Positions 20,637-30,238 of a DNA stretch of 64,000 nt are shown here, one piece after another (position 1 is the stretch's first letter; each line of letters starts with the position of its first letter). The stretch lies in the NCBI GenBank assembly GCA_965199825.1, contig OZ241329.1:448001-512000 (forward strand). The letters run 5' to 3'. The stretch is from Bdellovibrionales bacterium (GTDB lineage Bacteria; Bdellovibrionota; Bdellovibrionia; Bdellovibrionales; UBA1609). The notes under the pieces are model-generated. The model did not search any database and was not told where the DNA came from. It was given only the letters and a program-made list of their open reading frames with translations. A program made the position numbers and the translations under genes.

Positions 20637-22736
20637 TCAATTGGGTGCATATCCCATAATGCCTTCCAGATTTTGGCCGGATTTTAATCCCTCATTGATA
20701 TCAGTCGTAATCAAATGGTCTCCAGTCACAGTATCAAAAAAGCGATAAAGAGCACTGGAATTTGATTTTTGCCGTTGAAGAATGGATCCCATCACTGATT
20801 CTTTTTGTTGTCCTTCGCAAGCCGGATCGGTGGTCAGAAGATGCTGTCCATTACCGTTGTTCACACATCGATACAATAACGAGCTCGAAGCTCCAGCCGC
20901 ATTCAAAATATGAAATACCGGTGCGCCATTATTTTCTAAAGACCATGGATTGCTAGAAACTTCGGACGCTAATATTGAAAATAAATGAGTGCCGTCGTTT
21001 GAATTAAAAAATCTAAAAATATCTGTGTTTGTCGAACTTGGTCTTGAAGCAAAATCGGTGACCAAACCGGTTTGAATCAGCGCATGGATTTGGGTTTCGG
21101 TGCTCATCGGCATTGTTGCATTCTGAATCGACAAAACATGGATCAGACAATCGCCCGCATTCACGTCAACAAAGAGCGATTGATAAATCATACTTTGTCT
21201 TACACTTTGATTTCCTGAAGTATCATTCAATTGAAACTTTGCAAGTAAAGTCATCTTCGCGATTTGCGAACTATAGTCTCCATCGCCATAAACACTTTCG
21301 GGCATAGTCGAACAATTGCGATCAAGGTAGTAAGCGTGTGTCCCACCCCAAGGAGCCGAAGGCAATGGATCAGGAAGTGTTCCCTGACTGATCGTTCCAT
21401 AGAGACCCAACATTTTACCTTTGGTTTTAATCTGGACTGAACGAGCAAAAAGAGATTCACCGGATAAACGCGGTGAATTCGCCTGGCCACACGCTGTGCC
21501 GTTTGGAACGCCTGTGCAAAATTCATCGCCCGGTGCAACAAGTTGAGCGGTAGCACGACCATGATTGACCAGATCCACACTCAAATTAGCCGCCAAATTA
21601 AGATGAGAAAATCCGATAAATCCACCATCTAAAATCACAAACATGCACCCACTGACAGGTACTGCTGCAGGCAATGAAAAATTAATCGGAATCGTTCTTT
21701 GATCGTTGTGAACACCTTTTAATATAAAAGTTGAAAGAACCGTGTTGTTAAATGAATCAATATCCAAACCAAAATCACTCAAAATCAAATCGTAGCTGCC
21801 TGTGTAGGAACGCCCATTGAGAGGGCAAGCTTTAGGTGAAGCGCCTACAGTCACAAGTAAATCATAAGCAACATCGCCTTGCTGACCATCGACAACCCCT
21901 GCCGAAATATCACCATGAAATCCGACAACACCGACCGCACTCGCAGGTAATGGAAATGAAGACATGTACATTGTAAAACCATATTTATCGGTTGTGGCAT
22001 GAGCCGAAATATCAAAATTCAAATCGGGTTTTAAATCTTCAAGAGCTCCACCAACCAAGACGGCTGGAGCTGCAACTTCGCCAGTATAAAATGTTGAGCT
22101 GAAAGTTTGCCCAGGCATTTGTTCAGCACCGCCACACATATCATAAAAATTTTGGGTACGAGTGGCACAGTCTTGAGCGGTCAGAGCGCCATCAATTAAA
22201 GATGTTTGTGCAAGTTCTGAATGAGCGGGACATGTTCCAATCGAAATTTGACATGAAGTTGCATTGCCCACACTGACTTGGCCTTTATCATTTGATATCA
22301 AAAAGTGTGGGGCTTGAGCCTGCAAACTAAAAGAAGCGTTCGAATTCCCACCCGTAGAAGTTTGAAAATACAATTTTCCATTTTGTGAAAGAGTGATGTT
22401 GCCGTCATCATTTAAACTTGCAACGCAACCACTGGAACAATCGCGTCCCGCAGTGTGAGAGCTCCATAACACTCCACCATCTTTGGACATCACCAAATTT
22501 CCGTCTGTTTGCAGCTTGAGTTGAATTGATCCTTGCTGAAGCCACTGATTAGCCACAATACTTTGTGCCCCCAATCGTGAAGCTTGGGTTGCTACCGATG
22601 GAGAGGGCAAAGGCTCTGGGGTGGAGCTTGAAGAAAGCTGAGACGAAGACACCAAGGATGAGAGAGATTTAAACCCGCCGCTTGTGCAGGCAACTAAAGA
22701 TGACTGTATCAAAATGAGAATTAAATATTTTTTCAT
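20637..22736 (-). CDS. Paralogous lipoprotein with bulb-type lectin-like domain and C-terminal repeats
   Basis: Lipobox LVAC; near-identical N-terminal 160 aa and the same architecture as 18367-20502. Confidence 0.75.
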   Translation of the reverse strand: MKKYLILILIQSSLVACTSGGFKSLSSLVSSSQLSSSSTPEPLPSPSVATQASRLGAQSIVANQWLQQGSIQLKLQTDGNLVMSKDGGVLWSSHTAGRDCSSGCVASLNDDGNITLSQNGKLYFQTSTGGNSNASFSLQAQAPHFLISNDKGQVSVGNATSCQISIGTCPAHSELAQTSLIDGALTAQDCATRTQNFYDMCGGAEQMPGQTFSSTFYTGEVAAPAVLVGGALEDLKPDLNFDISAHATTDKYGFTMYMSSFPLPASAVGVVGFHGDISAGVVDGQQGDVAYDLLVTVGASPKACPLNGRSYTGSYDLILSDFGLDIDSFNNTVLSTFILKGVHNDQRTIPINFSLPAAVPVSGCMFVILDGGFIGFSHLNLAANLSVDLVNHGRATAQLVAPGDEFCTGVPNGTACGQANSPRLSGESLFARSVQIKTKGKMLGLYGTISQGTLPDPLPSAPWGGTHAYYLDRNCSTMPESVYGDGDYSSQIAKMTLLAKFQLNDTSGNQSVRQSMIYQSLFVDVNAGDCLIHVLSIQNATMPMSTETQIHALIQTGLVTDFASRPSSTNTDIFRFFNSNDGTHLFSILASEVSSNPWSLENNGAPVFHILNAAGASSSLLYRCVNNGNGQHLLTTDPACEGQQKESVMGSILQRQKSNSSALYRFFDTVTGDHLITTDINEGLKSGQNLEGIMGYAPN

Positions 22737-22766
22737 CAGATCCCTCGGCTTTCACAATTAGAAATT

Positions 22767-22780
22767 GCAACGGGTGGACC
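22767..22780 (-). promoter_or_regulatory. Putative sigma54 promoter
   Basis: GG-TCCACCCGTT-GCA. Confidence 0.65.
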
Positions 22781-22863
22781 TAGAGGCGTGTGCGAGGACC
22801 GCAGCTGCCGCAAAAAGTTAGACAGGAGTTCGAATACTCGACAGTGTGTTTTGTAGTGGGATT

Positions 22864-22885
22864 TGTGAGTGAGGCGCCACTCACA
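22864..22885 (-). terminator. Stem-loop just downstream of ftsZ
   Basis: TGTGAGTG-AGGCGC-CACTCACA, 8-bp stem; no clear U-tract. Confidence 0.35.
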
Positions 22886-22899
22886 GCGCCCATAAACAA

Positions 22900-24303
22900 T
22901 TAAAGTTTGTTATCGTTTTCGGTGGTTTTACGCCGCCGTAAAAATGCAGGAATTTCGAGACTCTCCGAATCGAACGGAGCTTTGACCACTTCTTGAGCCA
23001 AGCGTTTTGCTGTGCTCAAAGGATCAAGCTCATCTTCAACATTCATCGAGAGCTGCTCTTGAGATTCTGGCTTATTACGAGATTGGCTTTCGCGATAGGC
23101 TCGTGCTTTGGCAAGCAAAATGTCTCGCGGAAGTGAAGCTTCGGTTTCCATATCTGAGGCCTCGAGCGGCGGCAGGGGTGGCAGCTCTTCAAGTGGAGCT
23201 TCGGTTTCCATCGGCTTCAAAGTTTCGAGCGGTGGCAGCTCGGGCATGGGTTCAGGCGGAAGTTGTGCCATTTGATTTTGCATCGCAAGTTGAGCTTCGG
23301 CCATGGCTTGAAGTTTGGTGATCTGATCGTTAACCATCAAACCTTCTTCGTTTCCAAAACCTGTGGCAATCACGGTGACGCTGACATTCGCTCCCATGCT
23401 TTCATCAATCACCGCACCAAAAATAATTTCGGCATCTTCGTGAGCCGCTTCGGTAATTAATGTTGAAGCCTCGTTGACTTCCCACAATGTAAGATCAGAT
23501 CCGCCGGTCACGTTGATAATGATTCCGGTCGCACCGTCGATCGAAATATTTTCGAGCAAGGGCGAAGAGATGGCTTGAGTCGCAGCTTCAACCGCGCGAT
23601 TTTCGCCAGTCGCAACACCAGAGCCCATGATCGCCATACCTTTAGCGGCCATCACGGTTCGAATATCTGCAAAATCTAAATTGATTAAACCACGAATGTT
23701 TATAAGATCAGAAATCCCTTTGACGGCATGAAGCAAAACTTGATCCGCACGCTTAAATGTTTCAAGAAGCGGAGTTTTTTCGCTCGAGACAGATAAAAGT
23801 TTTTGATTTGGAATTACAATGAGTGTGTCGACATTTTCTTTTAAGTCTTGAATTCCATAATCGGCTTGGCGTTTTCGTTTTTTACCCTCGAACATAAATG
23901 GACGAGTCACAACACCAATGGTCAATGCACCAAGTTCTTTTGCGATTTTGGCAACAACGGGTGCGCCCCCTGTGCCGGTTCCACCGCCCATGCCAGCGGT
24001 AACAAAAACCATGTCGGAGCCTTCAATGGCTTTAACAATATCGTTGTACGATTCGATTGCGGCACGTTTACCGATTTCGGGATTTGCTCCAGCGCCCAAA
24101 CCTTTTGTGAGTTCGCGACCCACCTGAATTTTGATATCGGCTTTGTTATGCTGAAGGGCTTGTCGATCGGTGTTGGCAACAATAAATTCCACACCAGTCA
24201 ATCCACCTTCGATCATGGTTTGAACAGCATTGCTGCCGCCGCCACCGATGCCGCAAACTTTTATACTCGCGCCAAAGTTGGTGTTCTCTTCCAACTCAAA
24301 CAT
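22900..24303 (-). CDS. ftsZ: Cell division protein FtsZ
   Basis: [17 protein letters not shown] tubulin signature, NLDFAD, C-terminal LEIPAFLRR. Confidence 0.98.
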   Translation of the reverse strand: MFELEENTNFGASIKVCGIGGGGSNAVQTMIEGGLTGVEFIVANTDRQALQHNKADIKIQVGRELTKGLGAGANPEIGKRAAIESYNDIVKAIEGSDMVFVTAGMGGGTGTGGAPVVAKIAKELGALTIGVVTRPFMFEGKKRKRQADYGIQDLKENVDTLIVIPNQKLLSVSSEKTPLLETFKRADQVLLHAVKGISDLINIRGLINLDFADIRTVMAAKGMAIMGSGVATGENRAVEAATQAISSPLLENISIDGATGIIINVTGGSDLTLWEVNEASTLITEAAHEDAEIIFGAVIDESMGANVSVTVIATGFGNEEGLMVNDQITKLQAMAEAQLAMQNQMAQLPPEPMPELPPLETLKPMETEAPLEELPPLPPLEASDMETEASLPRDILLAKARAYRESQSRNKPESQEQLSMNVEDELDPLSTAKRLAQEVVKAPFDSESLEIPAFLRRRKTTENDNKL

Positions 24304-24314
24304 TTAAACCCTCC

Positions 24315-25556
24315 TCAAGAAAACAAATCTCTAATTTTTTGGGTGAAAGTCGAAAAAAACATCCCAAGATCATCTTGAGATTTATCGTTTCGCCTTTCAT
24401 TCGTGTTGAGTTTTGCATACTGCAAAATTCCAACAGCGCAGGCACAACTTGCAGATCGAACAACATCGGTCAGCCCACCGACTCGTTGGGGAATTCCTCG
24501 GCGAACGGGCACATCAAAAACATAATCACCCATTTCAACAAGTCCCTCGAGTTGGCTTGCTCCACCTGTTAACACAATTCCTGAACCAAGGCTTGCCATG
24601 AGGCCCCGACCTTCGAGTTCTCTTCGCACCAATGTCAAAGTTTCTTCGGCGCGCGCTTCGAGCACATCACAAAGGTCGCGACGCGCCAAGGTGCGAGGAT
24701 TACGCCCGCCCACACTTTCAACTTCGATCACTTCACTCGAATCAACCAGATCTGACAATGCATGACCAAATTTTTTCTTTAAGGCTTCGGCATGAACTTG
24801 GGTGGTTTTTAAACCCATCGCAACATCATGAGTAAAGTTTGATCCACCAACCGGAATGACAGCGGTATGCATCACACTTCCGTGGAGATACGTGATCAAA
24901 TCAACAGTTCCACCACCAAGATCAACGACGCACACTCCCAGATTTTTTTCGTCATCGCTCAGCACGGCAAGTGCCGTTGCATATTGTTGTAGAACTTTAC
25001 CTTCGATTGTTAATCCAGATTTTGTGATGCACTTTTCAAGATTCTGAACCGCAGAAAGACTTGCGGTCACGATATGAACAGAAGCTTCTAGGCGCACACC
25101 CGACATTCCGATAGGATCAAGAATTCCTTCTTGGCCATCGATTTTAAAACTTTTTGGTAAAACATGAAGCACTTCGCGATCGTTTGGAATGGCGACCGCT
25201 TTTGCGGCTTCGATCACGCGTGCGATATCTTCAGAGTCTACTTCTTTATTGCGAATCGCAATCATGCCGCCCGAATCAAATGATTGAACATGTGTGCCGC
25301 CAACGCCGAGCCATACATTCGTACACTGAACGCCCGCCATCAGCTCTGCTTCTTCGCGAGCTTTTTGAATTGCTTCACTTGTTGCATCGATATTTACGAC
25401 AACGCCTTGTTTTACGCCGAGGTGGGGTGCTGTACCAAGGCCGACGACTTCGAGTGCTTTCGTGTTGTCGTTTAAAACGCCAATTGCGAAAGTCACTTTG
25501 GTGGATCCGATATCGAGTGCGGCCAAAGTCAGAGACCGTTGAGATTGTTTAGCCAT
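24315..25556 (-). CDS. ftsA: Cell division protein FtsA
   Basis: LDIGSTKV, DLGGGT, VLTGGASQL; directly upstream of ftsZ. Confidence 0.97.
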   Translation of the reverse strand: MAKQSQRSLTLAALDIGSTKVTFAIGVLNDNTKALEVVGLGTAPHLGVKQGVVVNIDATSEAIQKAREEAELMAGVQCTNVWLGVGGTHVQSFDSGGMIAIRNKEVDSEDIARVIEAAKAVAIPNDREVLHVLPKSFKIDGQEGILDPIGMSGVRLEASVHIVTASLSAVQNLEKCITKSGLTIEGKVLQQYATALAVLSDDEKNLGVCVVDLGGGTVDLITYLHGSVMHTAVIPVGGSNFTHDVAMGLKTTQVHAEALKKKFGHALSDLVDSSEVIEVESVGGRNPRTLARRDLCDVLEARAEETLTLVRRELEGRGLMASLGSGIVLTGGASQLEGLVEMGDYVFDVPVRRGIPQRVGGLTDVVRSASCACAVGILQYAKLNTNERRNDKSQDDLGMFFSTFTQKIRDLFS

Positions 25557-25631
25557 CCGAGCCTCATCATCCGTGTGAAGATCACTTTTCCAAATGATTT
25601 TGGAAACTTGAGTGGTCCCTTATGAAAAAGC

Positions 25632-26378
25632 CTAGGGTTGCTTACGCAGCTTGACAACTACTTTCTTTGCGTAGCGAGCGTCGATGACGCGACCCTTAAT
25701 GCGCTGCCCTTGCAGATATGCGAGCACTTGCTCCACATGATTTACACTTTCCGAAAGCGTGTCTTCAGAAACTTTCACAGTCAGACCATTGCCGATCAGA
25801 ATAAATGAAAATCCAGATTTATCAAAATGAACTTCTGAAACAGAAGCCTTCGAAAAATTTCCTTTTTCGGGAAGTTGCTCAATCAACTTCACCGCTTTTT
25901 CGCGCAAACTTTGATTGGTAAAAAATTGCGGCCCTCTGAGCGTTGGCCGATCCGGAGCTTGTGTCGGATGAAACGGCGGAAGAAGTGCGCCGTCATTAGT
26001 CACCGGATGCAGATCGCCATCTTGATCCAGCAAATTAAGGTTGCTCAGCTTTGGCCGAATGACAACCGTCACGCGATTAGGAAATGTGCGTAACACTTGG
26101 GTTGTTTGAATGCGCGGATCGAGCTCGATGGTCTTTAACACATCAGGCAAATTCAAATTCCAAACCCAAATATTTTCATAAGGCTTAAGTTGAACTCTCA
26201 TTGCATCATAGATTTTGTCGAAGGCGGCTTGTTCGTCTTTTGCGGTTTCATCAAGAACAAGCTCCACCGGCTTTGCCTTTAAAAATCCTTGGCTAAAAAT
26301 ATAATAAAAGATTGTGGCTGTACCTAGTATGGCCGCAAGACCTAGAAAAAACGAAAGCGAGATTTTAAATTTCCGCAT
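25632..26378 (-). CDS. ftsQ: Cell division protein FtsQ/DivIB
   Basis: N-terminal TM, POTRA-like RTFPNRVTV, C-terminal IDARY; directly upstream of ftsA. Confidence 0.85.
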   Translation of the reverse strand: MRKFKISLSFFLGLAAILGTATIFYYIFSQGFLKAKPVELVLDETAKDEQAAFDKIYDAMRVQLKPYENIWVWNLNLPDVLKTIELDPRIQTTQVLRTFPNRVTVVIRPKLSNLNLLDQDGDLHPVTNDGALLPPFHPTQAPDRPTLRGPQFFTNQSLREKAVKLIEQLPEKGNFSKASVSEVHFDKSGFSFILIGNGLTVKVSEDTLSESVNHVEQVLAYLQGQRIKGRVIDARYAKKVVVKLRKQP

Positions 26379-26486
26379 GAGTTGAACTGTAGCTTAAGGA
26401 TTGGTGGCTTGTCTAATTTTTGGCGAGCGATGGTAGGGGTTTGGTTTAGGTTGGGTGGGCCTGCGGTTGATTTTTGGCTTGGGGGG

Positions 26487-27381
26487 TTTTGTCGTGCCCG
26501 CTAAGTTTGGGTTTTGTGTTTAGGATTTTGTTGTGCCCGCTGGTTTGGGTTTTGTGTTTAGGATTTTGTCGTGCCCACAGAGTTTTGGAATTTTGGCTTG
26601 AGGGATTTTGTCGTGCCCGCTGGTTTGGGTTTTGTGTTTAGGATTTTGTCGTGCCCACACAGTTTTGGAATTTTGGCTTGAGGGATTTTGTCGTGCCCGC
26701 TGAGTTTGGGTTTTGTCTTGAGTATTTTGTCGTGCCCGCTAAGTTTGAAGGGAATTATTTGTCGTGCCCACAGAGTTTTGGAATTTTGGCTTGAGGGATT
26801 TTGTCGTGCCCGCTAAGTTTGAAGGGAATTATTTGTCGTGCCCGCTGAAGTTGAGGTTTTGTGTTGAGGATTTTGTCGTGCCCGCTAAGTTTGAAGAGAA
26901 TTATTTGTCGTGCCCGCTGAAGTTGAGGGGATCGACTTTGTGTTGCACGTGAGTTTTGTAGCTTGAAGGAATTTGTCGTGCCCGCCAGTCTAGAAAAATT
27001 TATGAACACGAAAAACTATATGCGATTTTTTATAAGTTCAAAAACTGATGTCGTGGCTGCGAGTTTTGAAATTGGCTTCAGAGATTTTGTCGTGCCCATG
27101 AGTGTGAAGGAATTGATTTTGTCGTGCCCCCTGAGGTGAGGGAACTGATCTTGTCGGGCCCGCTGTATTGTAAGGAAATTAAATTCTCGTGCCTGCGATT
27201 TTTGGAATTGTGGCTTGCAAAATTTTATCGTGCCCGCTGAGTTGGGAGAATTGATCCTATCGTGCCCGCGAGATTGGTATCCGCACTTTGAACAACTTCG
27301 TCGTGCCCGCTGAGTCTAGGTTAATTTTAAATTTCGATAACGTCGGCGCGATTTTCGAAAAATAAAATTCGTCGTGCCCAC
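26487..27381 (+). repeat. Interspaced repeat array 1: about 24 units with core TTTGTCGTGCCC(GCT/ACA)
   Basis: 16 exact GTCGTGCCC copies (26491, 26568, 26610, 26648, 26690, 26729, 26761, 26803, 26835, 26875, 26907, 26975, 27089, 27121, 27300, 27371) plus about 8 degenerate ones; period mostly 32 or 38-42 bp. Confidence 0.95.
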
Positions 27382-27592
27382 AAAAAGTTATTGACGAGTT
27401 TTTTACCTCATAACATTCGCCTCCATTCGCGTTTCGTCACATAGCGATTGTTTTTCAAAGCAACGCCTCTCCCAAGCGCTTTCAAAACAAAATCTCCAAT
27501 GAAAATCGGCACGTCTGCCGACATTAGGCACTCTCTCAAAAACCGATTTTAAAAAACCCATGATACACTCTACTTATAAACAGGAGATATTT

Positions 27593-28411
27593 ATGGAGCA
27601 TTCAAAAATTCATTTGGCTGCGGTTGAGGCAGCCGACACTCATCGTAAATCTGAAATGGAGTTGCTCAATGCTTTGGAGCTCGTTTGGAAAAACAAAACT
27701 TTTGTGAAATATGGCTGTCGTTCATTGTTTGAATATTCAACCAAGCACCTCAAATTATCCGAAGAGATGGCGAGCATCGTAAATAAAATTGCAAAAAAAT
27801 TTACCGAAATTCCTGAACTCAAACTTCAAATGGAAACGGGCGATCTTTCGCTTTCAAAAGTGAATCGCATCACCGCAGTTGTAAACAAAGAAAATCTCAA
27901 TCACTGGGTCAATGTGGCCAAAGGAACCAAACGCAATCTCGAAAAAGAAATCGCAAAAGCTCAACCCGAAAAGGCTATACCCGAGCGGGCACGACATCAA
28001 AAAGCTGGAGATACACTACGAGTCGCAATATCTTACTCAATGACCCAAGAGGAGTTCGCACTTTTTGAACGAACCCAAGATCTCTTAAGTCAAAAATTGA
28101 AACGGCCCGCAACCCTTGGTGAAGTTCATCTTGCCGCAATTCAAGAGCTGAGCGCGAAATTGGATCCGCTCAAAAAACCTTTACGTTCAAAACAAGGCGG
28201 TACAACAAAATTGACCATCACTTTAAAACGTCAGGTTCATCACAATTATAATAGCCAATGCACTCATGTTGATGAAAATGGCGAGCGTTGTTCAGCCCGA
28301 CGCCATTTAGACATTCATCATATCATTCCGAAATCGAGAGGTGGAACGGACCTCGAAGACAATTTAACCATTTTATGTTCGGGTCATCATCGTGCCCATC
28401 ATCGAAAATAA
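27593..28411 (+). CDS. HNH endonuclease with helical N-terminal region (DUF222-like family)
   Basis: C-terminal QCTH...RCS...LDIHHIIPKSRGGTDLEDNLTILCSGHH; N-terminal G.RSLFEY...LKLSE; AGGAG RBS before ATG 27593 and TGATACACT extended -10 upstream. Confidence 0.88.
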   Translation: MEHSKIHLAAVEAADTHRKSEMELLNALELVWKNKTFVKYGCRSLFEYSTKHLKLSEEMASIVNKIAKKFTEIPELKLQMETGDLSLSKVNRITAVVNKENLNHWVNVAKGTKRNLEKEIAKAQPEKAIPERARHQKAGDTLRVAISYSMTQEEFALFERTQDLLSQKLKRPATLGEVHLAAIQELSAKLDPLKKPLRSKQGGTTKLTITLKRQVHHNYNSQCTHVDENGERCSARRHLDIHHIIPKSRGGTDLEDNLTILCSGHHRAHHRK

Positions 28412-28414
28412 ATT

Positions 28415-29323
28415 TTAGCGAACACCTGCGTAATCCAAAGTTGCTCGCTGAACCAAAATATCTACGACTTGAGCAAACTCAATTCCATCTTTGGCCGCCG
28501 ACTTCGGCAGTAAAGATGTCTTGGTGCAACCTGGGAGGGTGTTGATTTCAAGAACATACAATTGGTGATCGGGTGTCACACGAAAATCTACACGCGAGTA
28601 CACGCGGCATTGAGTCACTTGATGCACCTTTAAAGAAATTTTCCTGATCTTTTCGACCACATCATCGGGCAATCGGGGCGGTAAAATGTATTCGGTTTTG
28701 CCGGCGGTGTATTTTCGTTGGTAGTCGTAAAATCCTTCTTGAGGCACGATCTCGATTGGAGTCAATACTCGATCATCCAAGATGGGCACCGTGATTTCCA
28801 TGCCTGGAATAAATTCTTCTACCAAAATTTCTTTGTCGTATTTTAGTGCGTCCACAATGCCGCGATTAAATTCATCGAGATTGTGCGCAACCGAGATGCC
28901 GACGGTGGATCCATCTCGCGAGGGTTTGATCACCACCGGAAATTTTAATTTTTTCAAAACTGGCGCGGTTTCATTTTTAAAAAATTCGAATTCAGGACTT
29001 AAAATATTGTGAAATGATAAAATTTGTTTAGTGAAATATTTGTTCATACAAAGGGCCGAGGCCATGACGCCCGAGCCCGTGTAGGGAATTTTCATATATT
29101 CACACAAGCCTTGCACCGTACCGTCTTCGGCATACTTGCCGTGAAGTGCTAAGAGTGCAACATCCGGCTTCACCCCAGCAAGGCGTAAAGGTAAATCAAG
29201 TCCAGCATCGATCACGACATACTCGTGACCAAGAGTTCGTAAGGCCTCTTCAAAAGCCCGACCCGTGTTGAGTGCAACCTCGCGCTCCGAACTCATTCCG
29301 CCCATCACAAGTGCAATTTTCAT
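28415..29323 (-). CDS. ddl: D-alanine--D-alanine ligase
   Basis: GGMSSEREV, LHGKYAEDGTVQG, RVDF and EINTLPG motifs. Confidence 0.96.
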   Translation of the reverse strand: MKIALVMGGMSSEREVALNTGRAFEEALRTLGHEYVVIDAGLDLPLRLAGVKPDVALLALHGKYAEDGTVQGLCEYMKIPYTGSGVMASALCMNKYFTKQILSFHNILSPEFEFFKNETAPVLKKLKFPVVIKPSRDGSTVGISVAHNLDEFNRGIVDALKYDKEILVEEFIPGMEITVPILDDRVLTPIEIVPQEGFYDYQRKYTAGKTEYILPPRLPDDVVEKIRKISLKVHQVTQCRVYSRVDFRVTPDHQLYVLEINTLPGCTKTSLLPKSAAKDGIEFAQVVDILVQRATLDYAGVR

Positions 29324-29335
29324 AATCCCCCCATT

Positions 29336-30238
29336 TTAAAAACGACCTAAAAACTGAACCTCAGGCTGCAGTTCGATACCGAATTTTTGCAGCACCACAC
29401 TTTGTATATGCTCAATCAGCAGCCTTGCATCTTTTGCTTTAGCCAAACTTTTTTTATTTACTATAAAATTGGCGTGTTTTTCAGACACTTCAACTTCACC
29501 AATTTTAAAACCTTTAAGTCCTGCTTTTTCGATCAATGAGCCGGCAGACTGACGAGGTGGATTTTTAAAAACAGAGCCACAACTCGGAAATTCGAGGGGC
29601 TGCTTTGAGAGCCTCACGCGAGTGGCCTCTTTGACTCGACCCATTACCGAAAGATCTGGCGTCATCGGCCAACTGATCTCGACTTCAGCAATCACACCCG
29701 GCTTCCAGCCTAAGGATTTTCGGTAAGACCATTGAATTTCAGACTTCTCAAATCGCCTTAGGACACATTCTGAATTTTCGATTCGTAAAACAGTCACCGC
29801 ATCAACAAGCTCGTTGAATTCGCGAGGCTCCATGAGTTCGCTGACTCCGGCATTCATCACCACGCCCCCACCTACATCGCCTGGAAGGCCACATAAAAAA
29901 AGTGCGGGTGAGAGTTTGTTTTTTAAAAAGATTTTGAGCAATTCGGATTTTGGTGTTCCGGCTAAAGTTTTAATAAATATTTTTTGGTCGCGAATTTCGT
30001 GATCGATTTTTTTTAATTCTTTCATATGAATCACGAGGCCCTTGATGCCCTCATCCGAAATCAAAACATTGCTGCCGCCACCAAGCGGCACAACCGGCCA
30101 AGAATTTTTATGAGCCAAAACCAACAGACTTTTGAGATCTTCAAGCGTGCGAGGTGTGGCAAAGTGCTCGGCCGCACCGCCGATCTTCCACCAGGTGAGT
30201 TCCTTAAGACTGACCTCACTCAAAACTTCGAGCGACAT
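29336..30238 (-). CDS. murB: UDP-N-acetylenolpyruvoylglucosamine reductase
   Basis: GGGSNVL, PGDVGGGVVMNAG, PSCGSVFKNP, HANF; start placed at MSLEVL after a GGGGG RBS. Confidence 0.95.
   Translation of the reverse strand: MSLEVLSEVSLKELTWWKIGGAAEHFATPRTLEDLKSLLVLAHKNSWPVVPLGGGSNVLISDEGIKGLVIHMKELKKIDHEIRDQKIFIKTLAGTPKSELLKIFLKNKLSPALFLCGLPGDVGGGVVMNAGVSELMEPREFNELVDAVTVLRIENSECVLRRFEKSEIQWSYRKSLGWKPGVIAEVEISWPMTPDLSVMGRVKEATRVRLSKQPLEFPSCGSVFKNPPRQSAGSLIEKAGLKGFKIGEVEVSEKHANFIVNKKSLAKAKDARLLIEHIQSVVLQKFGIELQPEVQFLGRF

Noticed and set aside
23130..23270. Duplicated ELPPL/METEA segments in ftsZ
   Set aside because: They lie in the variable disordered FtsZ linker, which is ordinary
26432..26486. 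G-quadruplex at the array edge
   Set aside because: G-runs are irregular, with several only GG, and are explained by degenerate G/T-rich repeat units
26755..27009. Short ORFs within array 1
   Set aside because: Translations of repeat units, with no coding evidence
26487..27381. Array 1 as a CRISPR array
   Set aside because: The constant part is only about 9-13 bp and non-palindromic, linkers recur in classes instead of being unique, and there are no cas genes in the window
26487..28411. TIGR-Tas or IscB/OMEGA system
   Set aside because: Unit length is not fixed, there is no clear dual-repeat/dual-spacer layout, and the protein shows no recognisable Nop, RuvC or PLMP region; HHpred would be needed to exclude it fully
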